A DNA stretch of 41,178 nt from a virus (Duplodnaviria > Caudoviricetes), in the IMG/VR virus record IMGVR_UViG_3300048851_000199, positions 1 through 41,178 of that record; one strand, written 5' to 3'. Positions 7,470-15,343 of the stretch are shown here, piece after piece; position 1 is the stretch's first letter, and each line of letters starts with the position of its first letter. The translations under genes and the position numbers were made by a program. The notes beneath the pieces are model-generated. The model made no database searches. It was not told the origin of the DNA and saw only the letters and a program-made list of their open reading frames with translations.

Positions 7470-7846
7470 GGCCGGCCTCCCGCGATGACGCGCAGGCCAC
7501 CGCCGAGGTTGAAGGCGGCCGCGTCCATGTCGGCGGCGGCGGCCTGCAGGGCCACCTTGTCGACCTGGCCGGCGTTGTCGGGCGGAAGGGTATCCTCGAG
7601 CCAGGCGTCGACGGCGTGACGGAGCCAGCGGCTGCGCACGGTGACGTGCTCGACCAGGCGCTTGCCGACCATGTCGGGCAGCGGGGGCGGAAAGCCCTTC
7701 TCGGCGATCAGCAGGCCGACGTATTTGACCATCCGACCTTCCTTGAAGTCGGGACGGCCGAGGCGTCGGCGGATGTAGTACAGGGTGCAGGTGGGCTCGT
7801 CGGCGTCTTCGGCGCTGGACAGACCCACGGGGGAATGCAGGGACAT
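7466..7846 (-). CDS. First gene of the leftward operon; AlpA/excisionase-like protein
   Basis: GFPPPLP...SRWLRHAVDAWL resembles the AlpA/Xis winged-helix motif; GGAGG RBS. Confidence 0.6.
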   Translation of the reverse strand: MSLHSPVGLSSAEDADEPTCTLYYIRRRLGRPDFKEGRMVKYVGLLIAEKGFPPPLPDMVGKRLVEHVTVRSRWLRHAVDAWLEDTLPPDNAGQVDKVALQAAAADMDAAAFNLGGGLRVIAGGRP

Positions 7847-7872
7847 GCGGCCTCCGTTCGTGTGAACGGGGC

Positions 7873-7928
7873 CGTTATGTTCGCTAATCGCTTACTCGGT
7901 CAAGCGAAAATGTTAGCGATGCGCTTAC
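7873..7928 (-). promoter_or_regulatory. PL-like promoter with two operator copies (OL)
   Basis: The minus strand has TTGACC-N18-CATAAC; operator-like 17-mers GTTCGCTAATCGCTTAC (7879-7895) and GTTAGCGATGCGCTTAC (7912-7928). Confidence 0.7.
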
Positions 7929-7930
7929 AC

Positions 7931-8257
7931 CTAGCAGATGTTGTAGACCTGACATGCCTTATCCGCGAGCGCTCGCGCCTCCGCGGCTTCGGCTTTGGCG
8001 GCCTTGGCCTCAGCTGTGGCGGCATCCGCCGCCACCTGCGCGGCCTCGATCTCCTTGGAATGCTGAGCGATCAGTCCCTCGGCCTGTACGAGCCGAGGAC
8101 CCACGTCATCGGACTTCGCAGGATCAGGCATGACGGGGACTTCTTCTAGGGGGTCTCGCGTGTCTGGCCGCGAAATGGAGTACGCCGCGAGCGCACCGGT
8201 AGCACAGAGGTTCAGCAGCAGCAGCACGGCCAGAACCGGCGCTGCCCTGATCCTCAC
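7931..8257 (-). CDS. Exported or membrane-anchored protein co-transcribed with the repressor (possible superinfection exclusion)
   Basis: Hydrophobic N-terminal signal, Ala/Glu/Lys coiled coil and a C-terminal CQVYNIC; GTGA overlap with the repressor stop. Confidence 0.65.
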   Translation of the reverse strand: MRIRAAPVLAVLLLLNLCATGALAAYSISRPDTRDPLEEVPVMPDPAKSDDVGPRLVQAEGLIAQHSKEIEAAQVAADAATAEAKAAKAEAAEARALADKACQVYNIC

Positions 8258-8640
8258 GCCCGTTTCCTCGCCTCGCCGCTATCTTCGCTATGGGCGCGCA
8301 ACGGCGCGATCACCTCTGCAACGGCGTGCAGCTGTTCGCGCTGAGCTGGGCTTGCACTACGCAGCCGGTCAATAAACTGACGTTCTTCGGCAGTCATGGC
8401 CATGGGATTATCTGCGCTGTTGAGCAGATCTCCTGGTAGCACGCCAAGTGGCCCCGCGAGCCGCTGCATGTAGTCCAGGGTCAGCATCATGTTTCCGCGC
8501 TCAAGGTCGCTGATCGTGACTTTGCTGACGCCTATACGATCGCCGAGCGCCTGCTGCGAGAGCTTCGCCTGCATGCGAAGTTCGCGGATACGGTTGGGTG
8601 CCTCGGTCACCGCTACAAAATGTAAGATATCCGCTGACAT
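8254..8640 (-). CDS. cI: XRE-family HTH repressor (CI-like, no S24 peptidase domain)
   Basis: NRIRELRMQAKLSQQALGDRIGVSKVTISDLERG; divergent from the cro-like gene. Confidence 0.88.
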   Translation of the reverse strand: MSADILHFVAVTEAPNRIRELRMQAKLSQQALGDRIGVSKVTISDLERGNMMLTLDYMQRLAGPLGVLPGDLLNSADNPMAMTAEERQFIDRLRSASPAQREQLHAVAEVIAPLRAHSEDSGEARKRA

Positions 8641-8705
8641 GCCTAGACGCCTATTCCCGAACGCACGCTTGTCAACTGGTAAGCGTATCGCTTACTAGTC
8701 TCCGA
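8622..8705. promoter_or_regulatory. Divergent PRM/PR region with operators (OR)
   Basis: Palindrome GTAAGCG-TAT-CGCTTAC (8679-8695) with perfect arms; degenerate copy GTAAGATATCCGCTGAC (8622-8638); minus-strand TTGACA at 8670-8675. Confidence 0.75.
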
Positions 8706-8930
8706 ATGGAACGGAGAGCCAGCGAGCACCCATTGCGCAAATGGCGGAAAGCCAAGGGGCTGACGCAGGAGGCATGCGCCACACGCGTCGGCACATCCCG
8801 TATGGTCTGGTCAGATTGGGAGCGTGGCCGCCGCCGTCCTAGCAGCGACTTCATGCCTAAGGTGCGCGAGCTGACGGCGGGGGAAGTGTCTGCCGACGAC
8901 TTTTTCCCCAGCTACGATAAAGCCGCGTGA
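8706..8930 (+). CDS. cro: Cro-like HTH protein
   Basis: HPLRKWRKAKGLTQEACATRVGTSRMVWSDWERGRRRP...LTAGEVSADDF. Confidence 0.88.
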   Translation: MERRASEHPLRKWRKAKGLTQEACATRVGTSRMVWSDWERGRRRPSSDFMPKVRELTAGEVSADDFFPSYDKAA

Positions 8931-9054
8931 GAACGATGGTCTCTTCGTTGTCGATGGCGCCCCTCCATCTTTCTTGTGGAAAAGCAAGCTGTCCCGAGGG
9001 GCGGCGAGTCGCAAGTCCGTTAACCTATTATTATTTTTCCGGCCGGGCGCGCAG

Positions 9055-9501
9055 ATGACCGGCGCGGCGTCTCCCAGCTTCGACCAGCGCCCCGGCGAGC
9101 TCGAAGCGACGCGCGGCCTGGCGACGGCGCCGCCGCTCGTGCTCGGTCACCGGGTGCTGGAAGGCTGGCACGTCGCACTGGTGCGCGACGGCGTGTTCCT
9201 GGCGAGCCTGACGATCGAGCAGGCGCGGGCGCTGGCGGCGGAGATTTACGAGCACTCGCTGCTGCTCGAACACGGCTTCGAGCCGGAGGGCGGCGCAGAC
9301 GAGTTGGCGTCCTACGATGTAGGGCCCGCCCACGTGATGGTCGAGTCCGCCGCGGCGGCGGGCGAGATGCCGCCGATCGGTAGCCATGAGGGCGCGCTCG
9401 ATCGCGCCATGCTGTTCAGCCAGGAGGGGCCCCTGCGTCCCGGGCGTGGCGGGCGTCACGAAGGTGGACGGCCAGATGATCCAGAGCCCTGCCCATGTTG
9501 A
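9055..9501 (+). CDS. Hypothetical protein
   Basis: High-GC3 codon usage from ATG 9055; the 3' end overlaps an antisense ORF. Confidence 0.55.
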   Translation: MTGAASPSFDQRPGELEATRGLATAPPLVLGHRVLEGWHVALVRDGVFLASLTIEQARALAAEIYEHSLLLEHGFEPEGGADELASYDVGPAHVMVESAAAAGEMPPIGSHEGALDRAMLFSQEGPLRPGRGGRHEGGRPDDPEPCPC

Positions 9502-9676
9502 CGCGCAGGCCCTCGTCCAGGTCCTGGCGGCCGTCCAAGTGCATCGTCATTCGATCGTGCCAGGCATCGATCCGCTCCTTGTCCATCGACTTTGCGGCTA
9601 CGTGGGCCAGCAGCATCTGCGTGGCCTGCATGTCGGTCCAGAGGCGGTTCAGCTCGGCGCGCAAGTCGTCGTTCAT
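9416..9676 (-). CDS. Hypothetical 86-aa helical protein, antisense to the rightward operon
   Basis: MNDDLRAELNRLWTDMQATQMLLAHVAAKSMDKERIDAWHDRM...; protein-like composition; fills the otherwise empty 9501-9764 gap. Confidence 0.55.
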   Translation of the reverse strand: MNDDLRAELNRLWTDMQATQMLLAHVAAKSMDKERIDAWHDRMTMHLDGRQDLDEGLRVNMGRALDHLAVHLRDARHARDAGAPPG

Positions 9677-9763
9677 GCCAGGTCTCTTTCGTGCTGTAGT
9701 GGACGACTGCACGATGACCGGAAGCCGGCTCGCCCACAAGGCGGGCCGGCGGAAGGCGTGGAC

Positions 9764-10885
9764 ATGAGCGTCTACTCGGTCGGCGAGATCGCCGACAAGA
9801 TCAACCAGCGCGCCCGCGAGCTGGCGCCCGAACTGCTGCCGAACGGCCGCTACAGCCAGTGCCGCAGCAAGTGGATGTTCTCGGGCATCGAGGATCACGG
9901 CAAGTCGGAAAGCGCCTGGGTCCACCTGACCGGGCCAAAGACCGGCAAGTGGTTCGACATGGGCAATGCCGCGCCCGGCGAGGACAAGGGCGACATGCTC
10001 GACCTGCTGCGCCTCAAGCTGGGCCTGGCGGATGCGCGCGCTGCGATCGAGGAAGCCAAGGGCCGGCTCGGCCTGGTCGACCAGTGGAAGCCAGGCAAGC
10101 CGGCCGAGCTGAGCCCGGCCGAGCGCGAGGCCCGCGCGGCCGAGGCGCGCGAGCGGGCAGCGCGGCGCCAGGCCGAGCTCGAGGAAGAGGACGCCAAGGC
10201 GCGCAAGAACGCGAAGCGGCTGTACCTGCGCGGCTCGCCGGCGATCGCCGGCACGCCGGCGGAAGCCTACCTGCTCGGCCGCGGGCTCGAGGCCGGCGGG
10301 CGCTGGCCGGGCGTGCTGCGCTACCACGCCGAAGTCTACAACACCGAGATCCAGCGCAAGGCGCCGGCGATGCTGGCGGCGGTCTATCGCGCGGACGGCG
10401 AGCAGATCGGCACGCACCGGACCTGGCTGCAGCGCGCGCCGCAAGGCTGGGGCAAGCTGCAGGTCGCCAAGCCGAAGAAGGTGCTGGGGCGGCTGCGCGG
10501 CGGTTTCATCCCGATCAACAAGGGCAGCAGCGGCAAGTCGATGCGCGACATGCCGGCAGGCGAGCCGATCTACGTCACCGAAGGCGTCGAGGACGCGCTG
10601 GTGGTCCGGATGATGAAGCCCGAGGCGCGGGTCATCGCGGCCTACTCGCTGGGCAACGTTGGCGCGCTGGTGCTGCCCGAGGCGGCGCGGCGCCTGGTGA
10701 TCGTCGCCGATCGCGACACGGGTGAGCGCGAGCAGGAGCTGCTCGAGCGCACGATCGCGCAGCAGCAGGCGCGCGGGATCGAGGTGCGCCTGGTGGTGCC
10801 GCCCGAGCAGGTCAACGGGGTGGCGGTGAAGGACATGAACGATTGGTGGCAGGCGCTGCAGGCGCAGAAGCGGGGTGTCGCGTGA
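9764..10885 (+). CDS. Toprim-domain DNA primase (phage/TraC-like)
   Basis: GTPAEAYLLGRG, GTHRTWL, YVTEGVEDAL, IVADRD and KDMND; start MSVYSVGE after GGAAGG. Confidence 0.9.
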   Translation: MSVYSVGEIADKINQRARELAPELLPNGRYSQCRSKWMFSGIEDHGKSESAWVHLTGPKTGKWFDMGNAAPGEDKGDMLDLLRLKLGLADARAAIEEAKGRLGLVDQWKPGKPAELSPAEREARAAEARERAARRQAELEEEDAKARKNAKRLYLRGSPAIAGTPAEAYLLGRGLEAGGRWPGVLRYHAEVYNTEIQRKAPAMLAAVYRADGEQIGTHRTWLQRAPQGWGKLQVAKPKKVLGRLRGGFIPINKGSSGKSMRDMPAGEPIYVTEGVEDALVVRMMKPEARVIAAYSLGNVGALVLPEAARRLVIVADRDTGEREQELLERTIAQQQARGIEVRLVVPPEQVNGVAVKDMNDWWQALQAQKRGVA

Positions 10886-11208
10886 TTGCCATGCAAGTAT
10901 TGATCGCGCTTCTAGTGGCGCACGCGCTCTGCGACTATCCGCTTCAGGGCGATTTTCTTTCCCGAGCCAAGAACCGGATGGCGCCAATACCAGGCGTTCC
11001 TTGGTGGCAAGCTATGGCGGCGCACAGTGTTATACACGGCGGCGCCGTTGCACTGATCTGCGGAATTTGGTGGCTGGCGCCGATCGAGGCTGCAATCCAC
11101 TGGATCACGGACGACGCGAAGTGCCGCGGGCGGATCGGATACAACACGGACCAGGCGGTCCATGTCACCTGCAAGCTGCTATGGTTCGTGGTGTGGCTTT
11201 GTTTGTGA
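10882..11208 (+). CDS. DUF3307-like membrane protein
   Basis: AHALCDYPLQGDFL, AHSVIHG, IHWITDDAKC and DQAVH; lower GC than its neighbours. Confidence 0.85.
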   Translation: MIAMQVLIALLVAHALCDYPLQGDFLSRAKNRMAPIPGVPWWQAMAAHSVIHGGAVALICGIWWLAPIEAAIHWITDDAKCRGRIGYNTDQAVHVTCKLLWFVVWLCL

Positions 11209-11996
11209 GCGCCGGCGCTTTCTTTCGCGCCTCCGCTCAGCGCGCACGCGGCCAGGCGCCGCACTGGATTTCTCGAGCTTCCGTCGCGGAAGGACAAACA
11301 GCCGCAAGCGCGCGTCCCTTTCCTATCGGGGACGGCTGCGAGGGGCAGGCACCGGAAGGACCACGGGGGGCTGCGGCGGGCGCGGTACACTCTCCCCCAA
11401 TGCCTGCCAAGCGCGCGCACAGATCTCTGCAACCGCCCGCGTGTGATCGCGGATCGGTGGCGCCGGGCGACCCGACGATCGCGCGGCCGCTGCGCAACAC
11501 GGTATCCCACGCGAAAGCCGGTGATGAAGCGGAGGGGCCAGAGCACGCGAGCGCGTGCCCCTCTGTGGAGCCGGTGAGTAGGCCTGCTGCTGGGCGGACA
11601 GCAGCTGCAACGTCTGAGCTGATGGACGTGACAGCCGGAGAGACGGCACCAGGATCCAGCTTCGTCGACGATGCCAGAATGCCCTTACCCTGTCGGGCGG
11701 CATCGAAACCGGAGAAGCCAACCGGCGGGCTTGCGCCGGAACCGGGGCGGGCCACGCCTAAGACCACTCGGCCCGCCCCGGTGCCTGTCGGGAAACGCAT
11801 CGACCTGGCGTCGGCGCCGAGCTCGATGGAGGCGCGGGCGCAAGCCTGGGAGGTCTCGCCCCGGCCCGCGGCGGAGATCGAAGCTGCCAAGGCCGCCGGG
11901 AAGGTGCCCTGCGGGCCGTGTGATGCCTGGGTGCCGGCGTGGTTCGGCGAAGACTGCATCGCCACGCGCTGCCCGCTGAAGGTGGCTGCGGCGTGA
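11205..11996 (+). CDS. Hypothetical low-complexity protein with a C-terminal Cys4 motif
   Basis: GTGA overlaps at both ends; C-terminal CGPC...CIATRCPLK; the central part has atypical codon usage. Confidence 0.5.
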   Translation: MSAGAFFRASAQRARGQAPHWISRASVAEGQTAASARPFPIGDGCEGQAPEGPRGAAAGAVHSPPMPAKRAHRSLQPPACDRGSVAPGDPTIARPLRNTVSHAKAGDEAEGPEHASACPSVEPVSRPAAGRTAAATSELMDVTAGETAPGSSFVDDARMPLPCRAASKPEKPTGGLAPEPGRATPKTTRPAPVPVGKRIDLASAPSSMEARAQAWEVSPRPAAEIEAAKAAGKVPCGPCDAWVPAWFGEDCIATRCPLKVAAA

Positions 11997-13984
11997 GCAA
12001 TCCGATCCAGGACGCGCTGAACAATCCGCTGCCGGCGCCACAGATGGCGCAGGCCGGCGACGTCGCGCCCGAGCTCGAGCGCATGGAGGAGTACGATCGG
12101 TTCCCGCCCGGTTGCCCGATCAAGGTGCTCGGCAACCAGCAGGACGTGTCCGGCAAGCAGACCTGCTACTACCTCAATTTCAACGGCCAGCTGGTCGGCC
12201 TCGAGGCCGGCAACAAGCACGGCAAGCTGGCGCTGGCGGCGATGTTCGGGCCGAAGGTCGGTTGGCTCGAGGCGAACTTTCCCAAGTGGTCGGCGCCTAA
12301 GAACGAGTACGATCGCGACCAGAAGAAATGGATCCAGGTCGAGCCGCCGCGCATCGTGGGCGTCGACCAGGCCAAGGCCGCCGAGGCGCTGGTCATCGAG
12401 TGCACGCGCAAGGGCATTTTCGACCCGGCCGGACGCCTGCGGGGCCGCGGCGCGCACAAGTTGAGCACCGGCAAGGGCATGGTGCTGCACTGTGGCGACG
12501 CGCTCCTGGTCTCGTCGCAGAAGGTCGACGGCAGCATCAAGGGCTGGCGCTACGAAGACCCCGGCCTGCACGAGCGCTATGTCTATCAGGCCGGCGAGGC
12601 GGTGCCGCGACCATGGCACGAGCCGGTCGGCGACAAGCCGGCCGAGCAGCTGCTCGCCGTCATCCAGACTTGGAACTGGAAGCGGGCGCTGCTGGATCCG
12701 CGCTTCGTGCTCGGCGCGATCGCGCTGGGCCCGGTGGGCGGCGCGGCAGCATGGCGCTCGCATCTATGGATCACGGGCGGCAAAGGCACGGGCAAGTCGA
12801 CGCTGAACGGCAAGGATGGCCTGGTGCACCGCTGTTTCGGCGAGGGCGTGTTCCGTACCGCGAACACGAGCGCGGCCGGGCTGCGCCAGACGCTCAAGAA
12901 CTCCACCGTGCCGGTGATGCTGGACGAGGTCGAGGCCAGCAAGAACAACGATCGCGTGCTCGAGGTGGTGGAGCTCGCGCGCATCAGCTCGAGCGGCGAC
13001 GACATGACGCGCGGCAGCTCGGACCATAGCGCGCAGAACTTCACGCTGCAGAGCTGCTTCTGGATGTCGAGCATCAACATCCCGCCGCTGCCCGACCAGG
13101 ATCGCAGTCGCCTCGCTATCCTCGAGCTGCTCCCGCTCCCGGACAATCTCACGCCGATCGACCTGGACGCGATCGACTTCGCGTCGATCGGCCGCCAGCT
13201 GATGCGGCGCATGATCGATGGGTGGGAGCGGTTCGCCGCCACGAAGCTCAAGTTCCATGCCGCCTTCGCCGCCGCCGGGCACACCGCGCGTGCGTGCGAC
13301 CAGTTCTGCACCTTGCTCGCTGCGGCCGACGTGGTGCTCAACGATCACACGACGGCCGACGGTCTGCCGGATGACGAGGAAGTGGCGCACTGGACGACGT
13401 TGTGTCGGCCGCAGCGGATGGTGGAAGTCAGTGAGACGACGCCGGATCACCAGGCGTGCGTCAACCACATCACGACGTCGATCGTGCAGGCGCGCGGCGG
13501 CGACGAGCGCGAGCAGATCGCCACCTGGATCGGCCGCGTGGTCACCGGCGCGCTCGAGCCGCTGCTCGCCGAGAATGCCGGCCATGGCGAGAAGGCGTCG
13601 GAGCGGCTGCAGCAGATCGGCCTCAAGCTGGTGAACGCCCGCTACTATCCCGAAAAGCACGAGGGCGGGAAGGTCGCCCCGGCCCGGTGGGGAACCGCGA
13701 AGTTCGAGAAGGATGAGCCGGGCTATCTGGCGGTCGCCGGCGAGCATCAGGGCCTCGCGAAGATCTTCGACGGGACGACGTGGCAGGGCGGCGTCTGGAA
13801 GCAGGCGCTTGGCCGCAATCCGGGCGCCCTGGAGGGCGTGAAGGTCAAGTTCGGGAAGATGAGCCTGCGCGCCGTGCTGGTGCCTCTGGCGGCCGTCCTG
13901 GACGAAGATGAGCTGCCGCACGCGAGCCTGCCGGCCGAGGTCGCCAAGTGGGTTGCGGCGCAGATCAGCGGGGAGCCGGTGTGA
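11993..13984 (+). CDS. Primase-associated P-loop ATPase / replicative helicase (DUF927-like)
   Basis: Walker A GGKGTGKST, Walker B VMLDEVE and QDRSR arginine finger; GTG start overlaps the upstream stop. Confidence 0.85.
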   Translation: MSNPIQDALNNPLPAPQMAQAGDVAPELERMEEYDRFPPGCPIKVLGNQQDVSGKQTCYYLNFNGQLVGLEAGNKHGKLALAAMFGPKVGWLEANFPKWSAPKNEYDRDQKKWIQVEPPRIVGVDQAKAAEALVIECTRKGIFDPAGRLRGRGAHKLSTGKGMVLHCGDALLVSSQKVDGSIKGWRYEDPGLHERYVYQAGEAVPRPWHEPVGDKPAEQLLAVIQTWNWKRALLDPRFVLGAIALGPVGGAAAWRSHLWITGGKGTGKSTLNGKDGLVHRCFGEGVFRTANTSAAGLRQTLKNSTVPVMLDEVEASKNNDRVLEVVELARISSSGDDMTRGSSDHSAQNFTLQSCFWMSSINIPPLPDQDRSRLAILELLPLPDNLTPIDLDAIDFASIGRQLMRRMIDGWERFAATKLKFHAAFAAAGHTARACDQFCTLLAAADVVLNDHTTADGLPDDEEVAHWTTLCRPQRMVEVSETTPDHQACVNHITTSIVQARGGDEREQIATWIGRVVTGALEPLLAENAGHGEKASERLQQIGLKLVNARYYPEKHEGGKVAPARWGTAKFEKDEPGYLAVAGEHQGLAKIFDGTTWQGGVWKQALGRNPGALEGVKVKFGKMSLRAVLVPLAAVLDEDELPHASLPAEVAKWVAAQISGEPV

Positions 13985-14412
13985 TGTTCAACGAGGCATT
14001 CGCCAGCACTTCCGCAACCCAAAACATGGCCGATAAACCTGTCATCTATTTCTTGTGTATAGCGGGATTGACAGTAAGTGGGGAAGGCTTTCGCATCTCA
14101 ACTTCCACCATCCTGGTGCGCGGGTCAAACGGCCGCAAAGCGGCTGTTTGCGCCCGCTCGCTTGGTGCTCCCTGGCCCGTTGCGCCGTCGTTAAATGCTG
14201 GCTCGATACGCTGCGGCACAGCGCCTGGCTGCGGCCGCAGCGATCGCGCAGCGAGCGCGGTGCGCGGCCGCTCTCTCAACTCCTCACCCGGGCCCGTTGG
14301 GCTCTGTCGAGCTGCTACGCGCCGCGCCCTCGACCTCTGCAGCTTGACCCCGGCCCGTTGGCAATCCAAGACATGGCGACGCCAATTCGAGGGCCCGAAC
14401 GGGGCAGGGGAC

Positions 14413-14661
14413 GCGGTTCCAGATGGAACCGCCGTGGAACTTTGGCGGAACCATCAACCTATTGATTTGACTGCTGAATTTTTGCGGTTCCAGCGGTTCC
14501 AGTTTTCAGGCCTCGCGCATGTACGCGTGGGCATGCGTGTGCAGGTCCGCGCGTACATGTACGCGCGTAGCACTGGAACCATGGAACCACTCTTTGTTAT
14601 CCTTACAAATCATAAGGATAGTGGTTCTGAAGAAGTTCCAGCGCGGTTCCATCTGGAACCG
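14413..14661. repeat. Iterated, inverted-repeat element; putative phage replication origin
   Basis: About eleven GGAAC/GTTCC copies, bounded by inverted copies of GCGGTTCCAGATGGAACCGC, with a central perfect palindrome CGCGCGTACATGTACGCGCG (14548-14567) and AT-rich patches. Confidence 0.65.
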
Positions 14662-15343
14662 GCAGGGGCGGCATGCGGTGAAAGTGGCGGAATTCTGCCG
14701 TTCCGCAATAAACTAGCCTCCGGATATTGGCCGGTGCCGTCGATCGAGCTCGACCAGGTGGCCCGCAGCACCGTCATGCGGGGGAGGGCGGCGCAAACTT
14801 TCGGCCGGCGCGCGCTCGGCCGGGCCGATCGGGGCGGCGCTGGCCTCGCCGGGCGGCTCGACCTGGTCGACGAGGCGCGCGGCTCGACGGATCTCGGGAA
14901 TGGCGGATTTCAGCCGATCTCGCGTTGCGTGCTCGGCCCTGTTGGAACGACGATGTTGGAAGGGTGGGCGCAAGGTCGCGGTTTCGCGTGGCTTGCGGCC
15001 CGGTGTCCGATGCCTGTCAGGCTTACGCGCGCCCACCTGGGCGAGGCACCCCAGGGGGGCGCGCGGCCCTCGGCACCCCCCCTCGCCCCCTTCGCCGCCG
15101 CGTCCCTCCCGAGCATGGTCGCGCGCGAGGCTTGCGGAATTTCGACCGGCCTGCGGCGTGATCCTCGTCTCGGACGATATGCGCAGCTGTTGCAGCGTCG
15201 CCAAATCTTAGGCTGCACCATCGGGTCGGGGTGGAAGTCCGCTCGACGCGCACCCGACAAGCGCATGCCGGGTCGGGGTGAGATCGGCGGTGGTGGGGGC
15301 TTGGGCCCGCGTCGACAGGGGCACGCTAGGACGGGAGGCGCAT

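Noticed and set aside
11500-11630. Hammerhead ribozyme (CGAAAG...GTGATGA, CTGATGG)
   Set aside because: The core CUGANGA and GAAA elements are incomplete and not flanked by the required stems
14170-14661. CRISPR or mini-array interpretation of the short repeats
   Set aside because: Repeats are 5-20 bp, irregularly spaced and in both orientations; no cas genes
13985-15343. tRNA genes in the large intergenic block
   Set aside because: No cloverleaf with a T-loop GTTCRA and acceptor stem was found by eye
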